64,000 nucleotides of DNA, taken from NCBI GenBank assembly GCA_965645245.1, contig OZ287067.1:2852001-2916000 (forward strand), given 5' to 3'. This document shows, one piece after another, positions 31,908-43,762 of the stretch. A program made the position numbers and the translations under genes. The stretch is from Massalongia carnosa (Eukaryota). The first letter of the stretch is position 1, and each line of letters starts with the position of its first letter. The notes beneath the pieces were generated by a model. The model saw only the letters and a program-made list of their open reading frames with translations, had not been told where the DNA came from and made no database searches.

Positions 31908-33700
31908 TTACCGGGAAATCATACTCTCCCGCCCCGGGCCCGTGCCAATATACCTAACTCTAACCCCTACAAACCTCTCAATGAATTCGACATATTTCCT
32001 CGCATTTGCAGGCAATTCGTCCCACGTCTTAATTCCCGCTGTGGACTGCTGCCAACCTGGGAGGGTTTCGTACGTCACGTCTATATTAGCGAGAACGTCC
32101 AGGTTGGCGGGGAAGGAGGCGAGGGTTTGGTCATGGAGGGTGTAGGCGGTTGCCACGCGGATAGTAGGGAAGGTGTCAAGGATGTCTAGAAAGGGAGTAA
32201 AGTTAGTAGTTAGCTTATTGTTTGGTAAAGGAGAGAGCGAACAGAGCTTATGGGAGGGGTGAGAGGGGAGGAACAAGGGAGAGGGGAGGAACAAGGAAGA
32301 GGGGAGGAACAAGGGAGAGGGGAGGAACAAGGGAGAGGGGAGGAACAAGGGAGAGGGGAGGAACAAGGGAGAGGGGAGGAACAAGGGAGAGGGGAGGAAC
32401 AAGGGAGAGGGGAGGAACAAGGGAGAGGGGAGGAACAAGGGAGAGGGGAGGAACAAGGGAGAGGGGAAGAACAAGGGAGAGGGGAGGAGGAGTAATTTAC
32501 CGAGTTTGGTGAGGTTTATGGCAGTGTAATCGTTTACATCGGCGGAATATTTGACGATTACCAGATCCAGCCATCCACATCTTCGTCTCCGACCTAACTC
32601 TAGCCGTAAGATCATTTTTCGTACAAACTTCCACAAGTGGGTGAAACCTACCTGTGGTAACGCCATATTCGTGGCCAACGGTCTGCAGCTTCTCGCCCAC
32701 CTCGTTCAATTGCTCCGTTGGAAACACGCCGGCTCCGACCCGGGTCGTGTAGGCTTTGACCACGGCGATGACCTCTTTGATGGAACTCCATCCAACCGTG
32801 AGGCCCGTGAGAATCCCCCCAAGTCCGCTGTTGGAGGAGGTGCAGAAGGGATATGTGCCGTGGTCCAAGTCCAACAGGACTCCGTTGGCACCTTCGACGA
32901 GGATTGTGGAATTGGCGGCTTTCGCGGACCGGAGGAGAGGGACTTGATCAACAACGAATGGCTTCAGTTTGTCTCCATATATCTATAGTAGGGGTTAGTT
33001 TCTAAAAGGCATAGCACTCCGGAATGGGTAACCACAGTTTTCGCTGCTGGGCTTGCATACCTTGAATTTCGATAGCTCTTCCTCGATGTCGTACTTCAAC
33101 AAGTCGCCATATCTCCTCTGGAAGTCATGCGCTAGCCGGCCTAGTTTTTCTTCTAATACATTCAATCTAAAGCGCTGGTCCTTGTCAAAAAGATCGGTGA
33201 TCCGGACGCCGCTTCGTGTTGCCTTTGTGCTGTACGTAGGTCCAATCCCTTTGTTAGTCGTCCCGATAGAAGCTGTGCCTAGCTCAACTTCTTGCAAGCC
33301 ATCCACTAGCTGATGAAGATCAAACACCACATGCGCTCGATCGCTGATGAAGATACGATCCTTTGTATCAAGCCCTTGCTTTTGCAGCTCCTCGAGCTCG
33401 GCAAAGAATGAAGGGACATGAACAACGCACCCGCTCCCAATGAGATTTATACAGGAAGGATTAACAAGACCTGACGGCAAAAGATGCACATTATATGTAG
33501 TGCCCCTGACATGGATGGTGTGACCGGCATTGTTGCCGCCCTGGGCACGACAACAGAACTGAACATCGGCAGAGAGGATGTCGGCGAGTTTGCCTTTCAG
33601 GATCATCAGCGGAGCGCTTATGATCTCTGAACTAGGACCTGTTCTTCTGACCTTTCCCTTCATCCCCCCACTGACCACCTAGCAACACGATGGTTGTCAT
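31908..33700 (-). CDS. ADE12: Adenylosuccinate synthetase; 5 exons
   Basis: [77 protein letters not shown]. Introns include 32594-32651 and 32186-32500. Confidence 0.96.
32261..32488. repeat. 18-bp minisatellite (GAGAGGGGAGGAACAAGG) x12 plus a partial copy, inside the last ADE12 intron
   Basis: Read directly; two copies carry single substitutions. Confidence 0.97.
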
Positions 33701-34119
33701 AGCTTGTCAATGAGCCTTTATTATAAATTTTGATAGCTAAGAGTTAAGAAATGAAAGATAGCAGTATTTGTTCCAGGAAATTCTTTTCGCCGATGAGGAA
33801 GATCTTCAACAGCGGGTGTATGCTGATGAGATCAAGTCGCTCGGATTTGGCTTTATGAAATCAATTATCGATAATCCATCTTATCTTGTACAAGTGGACT
33901 TCCTTCTGGTCAGGTGACTGGCACGATTGGGCAACCGTAAGCGGCTAGCACATTGAAGTGAACATTGTGCATAGTACTCTATACGGACAACTTATAGAAC
34001 CCTTTTTAGTTATACCAACTCAAAAAGCCATACATTCAACCGATATGCAATTGCACCCTTCAGGGTCAGTCTCAGTCCTTTGCTATGAACAACTACAGAC
34101 AGAAAACCTCATGTAGACA

Positions 34120-37100
34120 ATGCCAACGTCAATCGATCCTCTCGGGGAAGGCGGGGAGCGAGTTCCTATCGCCCAGCTCCAACCGTCGATCCAAGCAAAT
34201 TCGAGTTCAGTTGTGGGCATAGTAGCACTAATCTGGCCATATTCCTCTTCTCAAAAAGCAATCAGCATTCTCTTAGCTGAGCCCGATTTTCGTTTACGGC
34301 ACGAGCGAGGTCAGGTTCGCCTGCACTTTTCCGGTCCCAGCGCACAAGCTATGAAAGAATCCGGTTTGAGCATTGGAGATGAGATCTCATTAGCTCTAGA
34401 GGGAGCAGAATGGGTAAAGGGCGCGGCATTTTCGAGTACACCGGGCAAGGGTATTGATTGGGAGCTTCGCTTTCGAAGGCGACTGGTGTTGCAGGTATGG
34501 ACTCCGTGAGCCTCAATCAGATAGATACTGAATATGAGCCACTAGATCATTCAGCGTTTGAAAGAACCAGTAAATATAAACATCAACCATTCGGATCCTT
34601 CCCCGGAGCCACAAATCCGCTCTTACGGTCCCTCCACCACTAATATTTCCCCAAAGTCCGAGTTATGGTTGAATTCAGAGAATGGCCCACGAACATGGTC
34701 CTCACCAGCGTTCTTAAAGCGAAGTCATCTTCCGTACGCCTCTTATTTTAAGAAACAACATGACCCTTTCCAAGATGAGTCTGTATTCGAGGAAAGTACT
34801 AGGAATAAAAGAATAAAACTTGGAAGACAGAGTTACCAATGGACTTTTGCCGATCGAATTTCCAGCCCTGATGGAGAGCCTGAGCCTGAGATCACCAAAG
34901 ACAATATTCGTGCTCAAACACCATCTGTTGGAGGGGTGGAGGATGCTAGAGCATCTCTGAAATTTGCTCAGCCTGATTTAACTGAACAAGGTAAATTATT
35001 GCGTCTTAAAGGTAATTTCAATGGGATTGATTCTGACATCGCGCCAGATGCAACCACACGGGGCAAGCTCGACAGCGAACATGCTATAGAATGCGATGTA
35101 CATCGTAGCTCAGATAATTACAGGCAGACATCATCAAATGAAATTATATCATCGAACAAACCAACCAATAGCCTATCTAATAAAGAACTTAATGATCGCG
35201 GTCATACTAACGAAAGCCAACTTACCCAGGACCCAGGTCTTATGGGAAACCAGAGTAACTTGCAAGGAGAAAATGTATTGCAGGTTTCGCCTGATGACGA
35301 GCAGACTACCCCTGTCAATGATGATCCATCCATCATTTCAGATTCCTTTTCACTCGAAACCATTCGTGAAGCACCCGAGCAGACTATTGATGGTGGCAGC
35401 CTCGAAACTCTAGATTACGATGGGCCACAGCTTTCCCGCCTAGACACTGCGATTAATAGTTTTAAGACCCAACATGTCCAACAGATCCTAGCTGAAGAAA
35501 ATAACTCTCCTCCACCCCATAGCTACCCATGTATGGATCAAGCGATAGCAATCAATGACTGTTCGAGGAGCGGACAGATCTCACAGATCTTGCTAGAGGA
35601 ACACAACCCTGCTTCACCTAATAAAAGTCCATCTATTCATCGAGCGACACCGGTCAATGACGTGTTGATTAGTGAAGGGGTTTTACAGATGGTGCCCGAA
35701 CAAGAAGTGTCCGCTCCACCCCATAGCACCCCCTCTGTTCAACAAGCGATACCAGCCAATGCCGGTTTGGAGACGGAACAAGTCTCACAAAGTCTGCCTA
35801 CATCAGAAGGCTCCTCTTCACCTCATAGCAGCCGACCTGTCCACAAGGTGATGCCTTTGAAAGATGAAGGATCCATTAGGGGATCTCATGTTTCCAGCCC
35901 AAAAAGCCAAAGCTCACCGTTCATCCCCCCAAATTCTATGGTAAAACCTCATTTTACGTCGTCAGTGCTCTCGTCCGATTTTGGTGTTGCAAAAGTCGGG
36001 CCGGAGGGTGATTCAAGTTGTTATGCGGACTCAACCGCTAGTTTTAGCCATGACGGTCAACAAATATCGCCCTTACAAAGTCCTAGTCCGGGCCTCGATG
36101 AAATTTCCGATGACCAGTCTGAGGATGCTAGTCTATCTAAGCTTAACAACCAATCTGAGCCTTGCATTGTGTCCGATCTTGCTAGTCAATCCGAATTTGG
36201 TGATCTGCCTAAACTTGCTAACCATTCGGAGCTTGAGTCAGGAGATGAAATTATCTATGCTAGCTCTGACATCGGTGCTCTGTCTAAAGACTATCATGAC
36301 TCTCAAGTATCCAGCTCTTCCATAGCCACCGCTCGCTCATCGAATCGTGTTAATGAAGACGTCTCCAACCATAGCCCTCGTTTTGGGCTTGATGGCGCAT
36401 CACCGCCTCAGGTCCAATCTTCATCAGATACATTGCCTCTTCCTGGCCACGTGGAACTTGAGTCCTTTGCTACTGATAACGAGCCTGTGGGTTCTTCGGC
36501 GAAAAAGTGGAATGACGTACACCTTTCTCTTGGGAATAACAATACGAGAAGTGATAAAAAGGGCAACAGACAAGGCATGGGTGAAACAAGCAAATCTTTT
36601 CAGGGCTCTACTACTGGAATTGCTCAAAATGCTACCACTTTGAGGAGTGATGAACTCTCGGTTGAAGGTTACTCTGTCTCTAGTGACGTGAATGCTACTG
36701 AAAGTGGAGGGTGTATAATGGCAGACCAGGAAATAACGAGTATGGCGCTATCCGAAAGGCCTGGGAATGTCAAGCAAGAGCATCAGGAATCGGGAACAGC
36801 AGCCGAATCGAATAGAGGAGATGAAAACATTTCTCAAGATCAGCAAAATCACGAAACTCAAATCGTCATATCTTCAACCAAGACCACAATCGAGATTATT
36901 GATCTTGAAAGCGAAGATGAAGAAATCAGTCCAGCAGGCTCGCCCTTGGCGAAGGTCGATTCAGCAGCCATAATCCTTGATGCTGGAACTACATACGCAG
37001 CTTGTTCCGAGGTTGGTGCTGTCATTAACCAAAGAGACGAGCAAGCAAATTGGACAACACCTTCACCTATTCAGAAACAGAGCACAACTGAGGGCGATAA

Positions 37101-39199
37101 GGCAACTAACGAGTTTTCTATTATCACTAATGCTAACAAGGACGACCAAATGGACGTTGCCGGTACAGATCAAACCCTAAATTGCTCCATCAGCTCACAT
37201 CCGCCTTCAACAAATGATACCAATACTATCAAGGAGTATATTCTTCCAAAACGAGACTCGAGCCCCCAACGGACAGATGCAGATAATCCACCTCAACCAT
37301 TTGCTTCAGCGGTGGATCAAAAGGCTTCAGAGGATCCTCAAATCGATCCTATATTAAGAAATCAGCTTTTCACTCCTTCAGCTTCTCAACATAGAAGTCT
37401 GATATCCGAACCTTCAGATGTCTCGTTGCAGAACCAAGAGGAGGACCTAGCACTCTTACCCACCCCTCGTCTGACACAAAGCACTTCTGCTCTTCCTTTA
37501 CCATCTACCACATCCAAGCCACCACAAAAACCTTCTTTAGTAGAGAAACTCAAGGCAATAAAGAATCTATCAGCTAAAACAGCCAATGCACGTAGAAGTA
37601 GTGAGCATTCGAATTCCACCAACCCTTGGTTCACGCACGCAAACGTTAGTCAAGTAACCCACATAAGCGATAGCGAGAGCGAGGCTGGAAGTGTGGATTT
37701 GAGCGCCAAGGCATCTCTTAGCCATGAAGATACTCAGAATTTCAAAGATCAATTTGAACCACCTCCCTCCGATTCTCGCTACGGGTCGAATCCTCCGAAT
37801 AAACCCGCCATTTCTCCAAACTCTGGCCTGCCGCGCACCACTCCACCCGGCTTTCGAACTTCTCTCTCTTACTTCGCACCCCTCTCAACGCTGTCCTCCC
37901 ACTTCAACACACTTACCTCCATCCTTGCCATCATTCACTCGTCTACTTCCCCAAAGCGCTCCAAGGCGGGTCCTCGCGACTATCAACAGTCTTTATCGCT
38001 CACCGATCCTTCGTCCACCAACTCTCTTCCCACCATCGCGCAAATTTTCCGCCCTCACGCAAGTGCATTTCCAATCGTCAACCAGGGTGATGCTGTGCTC
38101 CTGCGCAACTTCAAGGTGCAAACTTTCAATAGCCAGATGGGGTTGCTGAGCACGGACAGTAGCGCCTGGGCTGTCTTTCGCAAAGGCGAGGAGGTACAGG
38201 TCAGGGGCCCGCCTGTGGATTTTGGAGCTGAAGAGAGGGGGTTTGCTAGGGGCCTGTGGGGGTGGTGGGGGAGTGTTGGACGAGAGGAGAAGATACTTAC
38301 TAGGAAGGAGAAACAGAAGGCGATTGTTGAGCCCATAGATGAGAATATTGGCAGTACAAAGGCAAGGTTAGACAGAGGTGTGAGAGGTCTAAGATTAAAA
38401 ACAAGCCCCAAAGAGAAAGCGAGCCTTAGACAGAGCCCTGCTTCAGCACGGCATGAGCTGAGAGATGGCACCACCTATATGGATGGTCGAGCACGAACAA
38501 GAGCTGAAATGCACGAATTGAGGGACGGAACCGTCTACGCGGATGGTGACGAAGGGACACCGGGCAAAATAAATAAATCGCCTCCAATAAAATATGGACT
38601 GCCTTCTCCTTATCGTCGGCCCGGTAGACCTAGAAAAGCTAATCTTCACGAACTAAGAGACGGAAAAACGTATAGCGACGGCGTGGATGGCGTACGTAGT
38701 GAAGCGAAGGAAGAAGGTGAAGTAGATGAGCCAAATGATGAAGCCCCTACCCCTAGCCGCAGAGCAGGCCGCCCCAAGAAACCAGTCGTTCAGAACGTTA
38801 GGGACGGCACCGCGCTTACAGATGAGGATGGAGCGATAGCAGGAAAAGAAGCTGAGGGACGTACGGTAGAGCTGGCGCCATCCACTCCAAGTCGTCGAGT
38901 TGGTCGCCCACGGAAACCAAATGTTCGAACGGATACTACATATATGGCCAACGATGCTGAGACCGAAGGATCTTTTAAACTAGCAGCCGAGCTAGATGAA
39001 CCGAAAAGCGAGGCCTTCACCCCTCGCCGCAAACGCGGCCGGCCAAGAAAAAGCTACGTACATCCTTCAATTGATGACAACAGCATTGTTTCTTCGGATC
39101 CGATAAAAAAACAATGAAGATGAAGACCATCCGGGTCTAGGGGGCCTGGTGTATGAGTTGAGGGATGGGACCACGTATTCGAATCCAGTTACCGAGTAA
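34120..39199 (+). CDS. Large OB-fold protein (N-terminal OB fold; long acidic/Ser-rich linker; POT1/Cdc13-like Telo_bind OB fold; C-terminal repeats and AT-hooks)
   Basis: Exon 1 34120-34494 (VVGIVALIWPYSSS...LLAEPDFRLR..RGQVR..F.G), intron 34495-34545, long exon 2. C-terminal domain SYFAPL...GPRDY..LTDPS...AQIFRP...GDAVLLRNFKV...SAWAVF. ORF stops at 39117 as written; the likely true end is 39199 (see findings). Confidence 0.8.
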
Positions 39200-40632
39200 G
39201 CATTGCTACCGCCAGAGCGAAAACCGAGAAGATGACGGGCTCAGCGCATGGCCTGGAGGGAGGGTGGATACACGTAATGTGATGTGATTTTGACACGGTG
39301 GCCCATAAGCTTGTTTGGAGGAGGCGCACCATCAAAAAAAGAGGAAGCGTTGTATTTAGATCTCGTTTGATTTGCTTGTGGAGAGGGCGATATAACGTTA
39401 GCATACGTGGAAAAGCACTGGATAGGTAGGTACCTCTGGAGGGTTGACTCTTTTGCTACTTGTTGGGCTGTGTGGCTGTGTAATCATATCCATCTTTATC
39501 CACCAAATGTGTTATCTGCCTACCTCAGGTAGCTATCGATCTCTTTGTCAATTGACATATGTTTCAGCCAAACGATCGAATCGGCTTTAGTTATGAGATT
39601 TTTGTTATGTCTTGTTTGTCGGGAGTCTCCAGGGTTTCATTAGAAGGATTGTCTGGTTGAGTAAGTGACTTGTTTGCCTTTTTGTGAAAATATATATTCA
39701 TCTATTTATATACAAATTTATATACCTAGTTTCCTAGCTCTAGTTGTCTCACTTCTATATTCAACCCATCATTCATCATCCATCAGTCAGGCGTTCATGC
39801 ATCCTCCTTCCCCCCCCCTTACTCAATTAGAAAAGTGGAAGGAATATAAACAACACTACTTGGCATCATAGTCATATTTGGATATAATTTAGTTTTAATT
39901 TTTTGGGGTTCTAAAAATTTGATTCTTGATGTTTGAAAATCGAACATTTGGAACTGGCTGGATGAAGGTAGGGGCCGTTTCCTTTTTTATTTTATTCTAA
40001 AAAGAAGAATCACTTTCTAATGGGAAAGGGGGAGGGAAAAAAGGAGAGAGAAAATGCGTCACGATCGGCAACCTAAGATAGGAATTTGACGTGGTGCTAT
40101 TTGCAGTATATGGCTCACCCCCCAGACCCCCCCCATTCTTGGGAAAAGTCAAGAGCTTAGATTTCATGGTCAGGGACCCGTTTTGTCACTCCTTTCCTTA
40201 TTTCTCGAGAAATGAATGATAGATATAGGGTAGAAGGTAGTCACACATTAAAGAAAAGTCAGCGATCGGCCGTGGGGGCGACTGGGTATATATACCCCCT
40301 AAAGCTGTGGGGGGACTCGACTTTTTTCTGTTTAGAGTCTATATCTTGCTTAACTCTGGACTTTTGAACCTGGTTTTCTTGGTTCTTACGGCAAGGACCT
40401 AACTTGCAACCATGATCAAATAAGTAACATAAGTTAAATGGTATATCATTAAATGGTATATCAGGTAGGGAGGAGAGAAGACTGCATGAAGGTGTGTTCT
40501 ATTGAGATCTGTCTACATGGCTATTATATACTGCCTAGCGCGCCAAGGCTCGCAGGGCTACGCTACACCCGCAAAGGGGTTGGAGGATAATTTAACAACA
40601 TAAAATATATAACACTTTTTCGATTTTGATAG

Positions 40633-41361
40633 AAAAGCTAATTATTGCAATGGATAATGAAAAGAGTAATGGAGGAGTGTCAAAAACACAGCGCGGCCAT
40701 GAATGACGAGTGGTACAGCGATGTCATGGCGTTTCGACGTGAACTCGCGCAGAACCTTGAAGACAGGCAGTGCCAATACCGGGAGTGCCACGAGATACTG
40801 TTTGCAGACCTAGCAGACCACGCCAACGGACGACATAGGTTGCACCAAGAAAGGCCGCCACATGGGCAGATGTCGCCGGGGGAGGTGTTTGAGATGCCAG
40901 GAGAGGTACCGCCACTACGTCTGCAAGGGTCGCCAGCGGAGATCCACAAAATGCCGGGAGACATTACACAGCACCCAATGCCCGAGTAAGACTTGCTAAA
41001 ACTCGTCGGCTCGAAATATTTCTGCCTTCTTTAACGGCACGTATTCGTAAAGCCAGTATCCGGAGAAGAGGGGAAGGGCAAGGAAAAGGAAAAGGAAAAG
41101 GAAAAGGAAAAGGAAAAGGAAAAGGAAAAGGAAAAGGAAAAGGAAAAGGAAAAGGAAAAGGAAAAGGAAAAGGAAAAGGAAAAAGCTGCGGATAGGATAG
41201 TTACCTGCAAGAGATGTCGGAGAGAGGTATTGGACGGTTGCCTCATGTGTGAGATAGATGGCTGTGGAGCTAAGACTTGCGAAGAGTGTGTACGAAGATG
41301 GGAGAATTTGAGGGAGAGGCCCCTGGATATATGGCAGCAGCAAAGAGGAATTAGCCTGTAA
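40633..41361 (+). pseudogene. Stop-interrupted frame encoding an (EK)n tract and a Cys-rich zinc-finger-like C-terminus
   Basis: The 40645..40989 ORF frame continues past TAA stops (40987, 41032) into ...GKGK(EK)17AADRIVTCKRCRREVLDGCLMCEIDGCGAKTCEECVRRW...* (41361). A further in-frame TAA lies at 40639, after an AG acceptor. Confidence 0.55.
41080..41184. repeat. (GAAAAG)n hexanucleotide microsatellite, about 17 copies
   Basis: Read directly. Confidence 0.97.
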
Positions 41362-42596
41362 TTTATCAAAAGATGAGCTCTGTAAAGGACCTAGTTGGAG
41401 TAACGATGCTGTAAGCACAAACACTAATAGACCATACAGTAGCAAAGTGTACTGTAAAGTAGAAATGGGACATTTCAACAAGTAATATGGCCCTTGAACG
41501 CCAACAGAGCAAAAGACAGCAAGATATTAAGGCAGATGCCACCCGAAGTTTCTACCATATGAATTTGGTGGAAGGACACAGAAAGCGTGGGAATTGCTAG
41601 ATATATATATTTCATGCAAGCCTATTAGACTTAATTGGGTAAAGGTATTGGTCTTAAAATTGGCCGCTGCGTAATATATGCCTATACGAGCAGGTTAGTG
41701 TCACTGAAATAAGTTTAGTACAAGAAAATGAACTGAAAAGTATCCAGCTCAGACTTTGCCTTGAACCTCATGCCCAACCAGCGCCAAGCTACTAAGCAGG
41801 AGTGTATACGCGGCTGACCTTCTCGGATTACCAGAGCTGTAAGGGTTTCTTCATCTACATTTAGAAATGCCATATAGAATAGTACTGCTACTGACCCTTG
41901 AAAAAAAGTGCAATGGTTCATTGCGCAAACTCTTGTAAACATGGATATGTCCCGACATTCAGGTCGTCACCGCATCATGGGATACCCACCTGAAGCGGCC
42001 CTCGTGATGACGGTTTTAGAAGCGGGATGAGCGTAGTCTTAACCTACTCATCGGAATCGCCAGCTGAGTGGGGGTGGAAGAAGTCAAGCTGGCGATGATT
42101 TGAGTTGGTGGTCTTGGTAAAGAAAGGGAAAAGAAGAAAAAGGTAACGCGTCGTTGTATTTGAGTATGAAATAGCCGAGACTACTAGATTAGTCATTTAG
42201 TTAGTAGGTAATCAGCTCGTTCGACACGTGACAGCGGGGGTTGCGCTGAATCGTTTCGCCGTCCAAGCAGTATCTGTACTTGACCTGACTTTAGATTCCA
42301 TACAAAATACTCTGTACAGAGAGAAACCTATCCACAGATACCAACTACCTTCGTCTTACCCCTCCCCCTTTACATATTACCCTGCTATCTGACCCAAATC
42401 GGCTTCAAAAATCTCACCATCACACATGAGAGCTCTACGAAGAAGTTTGATACAGCGAAAACTCTCAAAGCTACATCCCACGCTCATCGAATACTTTTTG
42501 CCCCATTGGTTCCATCGCCCATTGAACAGTTAGCATATGTAGCTGCTCAATTGCGCTGAATCTTTCCACGTCTTGTCATATTATTAATTGATATCC

Positions 42597-43762
42597 ATGG
42601 ACAATCTTTGGCAGCGTCGATCAAAGTACGTTTGTGGGGATTTCTGCTGTTCCGCTAGCTAACTCGAAACCTAATAGCTCTACTAGGCTTTCCCTCTCCA
42701 CTTCCAATGCCAGCAGCTCAAATAAAGACAGTAATAAATCAGATCCCCCTCGTCCATACCCCTCGGTAAAGCGCTTCAATAGCGAAGTGTCTGCTAGTGG
42801 CAAGCCCAACCCGTTTAACGGCATCTCCCCTCTGAGCAGCAACAATGTTGCCTCGCCCACAAATGGTGCATCATCCGCTTTTGGACTGGGGTCCGGCGCA
42901 TTTGCATCTTTTGGGTCCTCGGCCAAGACCCCCCGTACCCCAGGAGCATCTCTTGACTTGAGCAACTCCACAACTCCTGGGTTGGAGAAGCGTGAGAGAG
43001 AAGTTATTAAAGATACCAGCGGGGCGGATATCAAACCGAAGGCGTCGACGTCTTCTTTGGCCAGTCGATCATCAAGCACTACGTCAGAACATCCACTGAA
43101 ATCAACGTGGATTGTCTGGTACCGCCCACCAACATCAAAATATTCCGACTATGAGAAGTCTACAATCCCTTTGGCATATTTTTCTACCGTTGAGGCCTTT
43201 TGGACTGTGTATACACACCTCAAGCGTCCATCTACCTTACCTTCTGTTTCTGACTACCACATTTTTCGAAAGGGCATCCGACCCGTGTGGGAGGATGAAG
43301 AGAACAAGAGAGGTGGGAAATGGATTGTAAGACTGAAGAAAGGTGTGGCAGACCGGTATTGGGAGGAGCTTTTGCTTGCTATTGTCGGAGATCAGTTTGC
43401 CGAAGCCGGTGAAGAAGTGTGTGGCGCTGTTCTCAGTGTTCGGAGCGGCGAGGATGTGCTGAGCGTTTGGACAAGGATTGATGGTGGAAGAAACATCAAA
43501 ATCCGGTGAGTCGTGTGGGAATGTTCATTTCACGGCGGTACTGATTGATTCCAGGGAGACCATCAAGCGCCTTCTAGCCTTTCCTTCCGATACCAACATC
43601 GTTTGGAAAAGCCACGATGACAGTATTGCTCAGCGTTCCGCGCTTGATCAAGCACGACTTGAGAAGAGCGCTGGTACCGGACCTCATCAAGTTTCGGGCA
43701 AACGACGCGAACCTGCCTCGGAGGATCCAATAGCGGAGAAGTCAAAGAGCCAAGGCTCGTGA
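42597..43762 (+). CDS. Class II eIF4E family cap-binding protein (4EHP/eIF4E2-like); 3 exons
   Basis: HPLKSTWIVWYRPP, FSTVEAFW.VYTHL, DYHIFRKGIRPVWEDEEN..GGKWIVRLKKGVADRYWE.LLLA, CGAVLSVR. Introns ~42627-42676 and ~43506-43553. Confidence 0.93.

Noticed and set aside
32261..32488. Possible CRISPR-like array
   Set aside because: Units are head-to-tail with no spacers, and the locus is eukaryotic.
32222..32512. ORFs encoding (RGEEQG)n / (RERGGT)n repeats
   Set aside because: Translations of the intronic minisatellite antisense to ADE12; no independent gene signals.
40996..41481. Minus-strand ORFs with (FL)n / (FS)n tracts
   Set aside because: Artefacts of the GAAAAG repeat; the plus-strand EK/Cys frame is more plausible.
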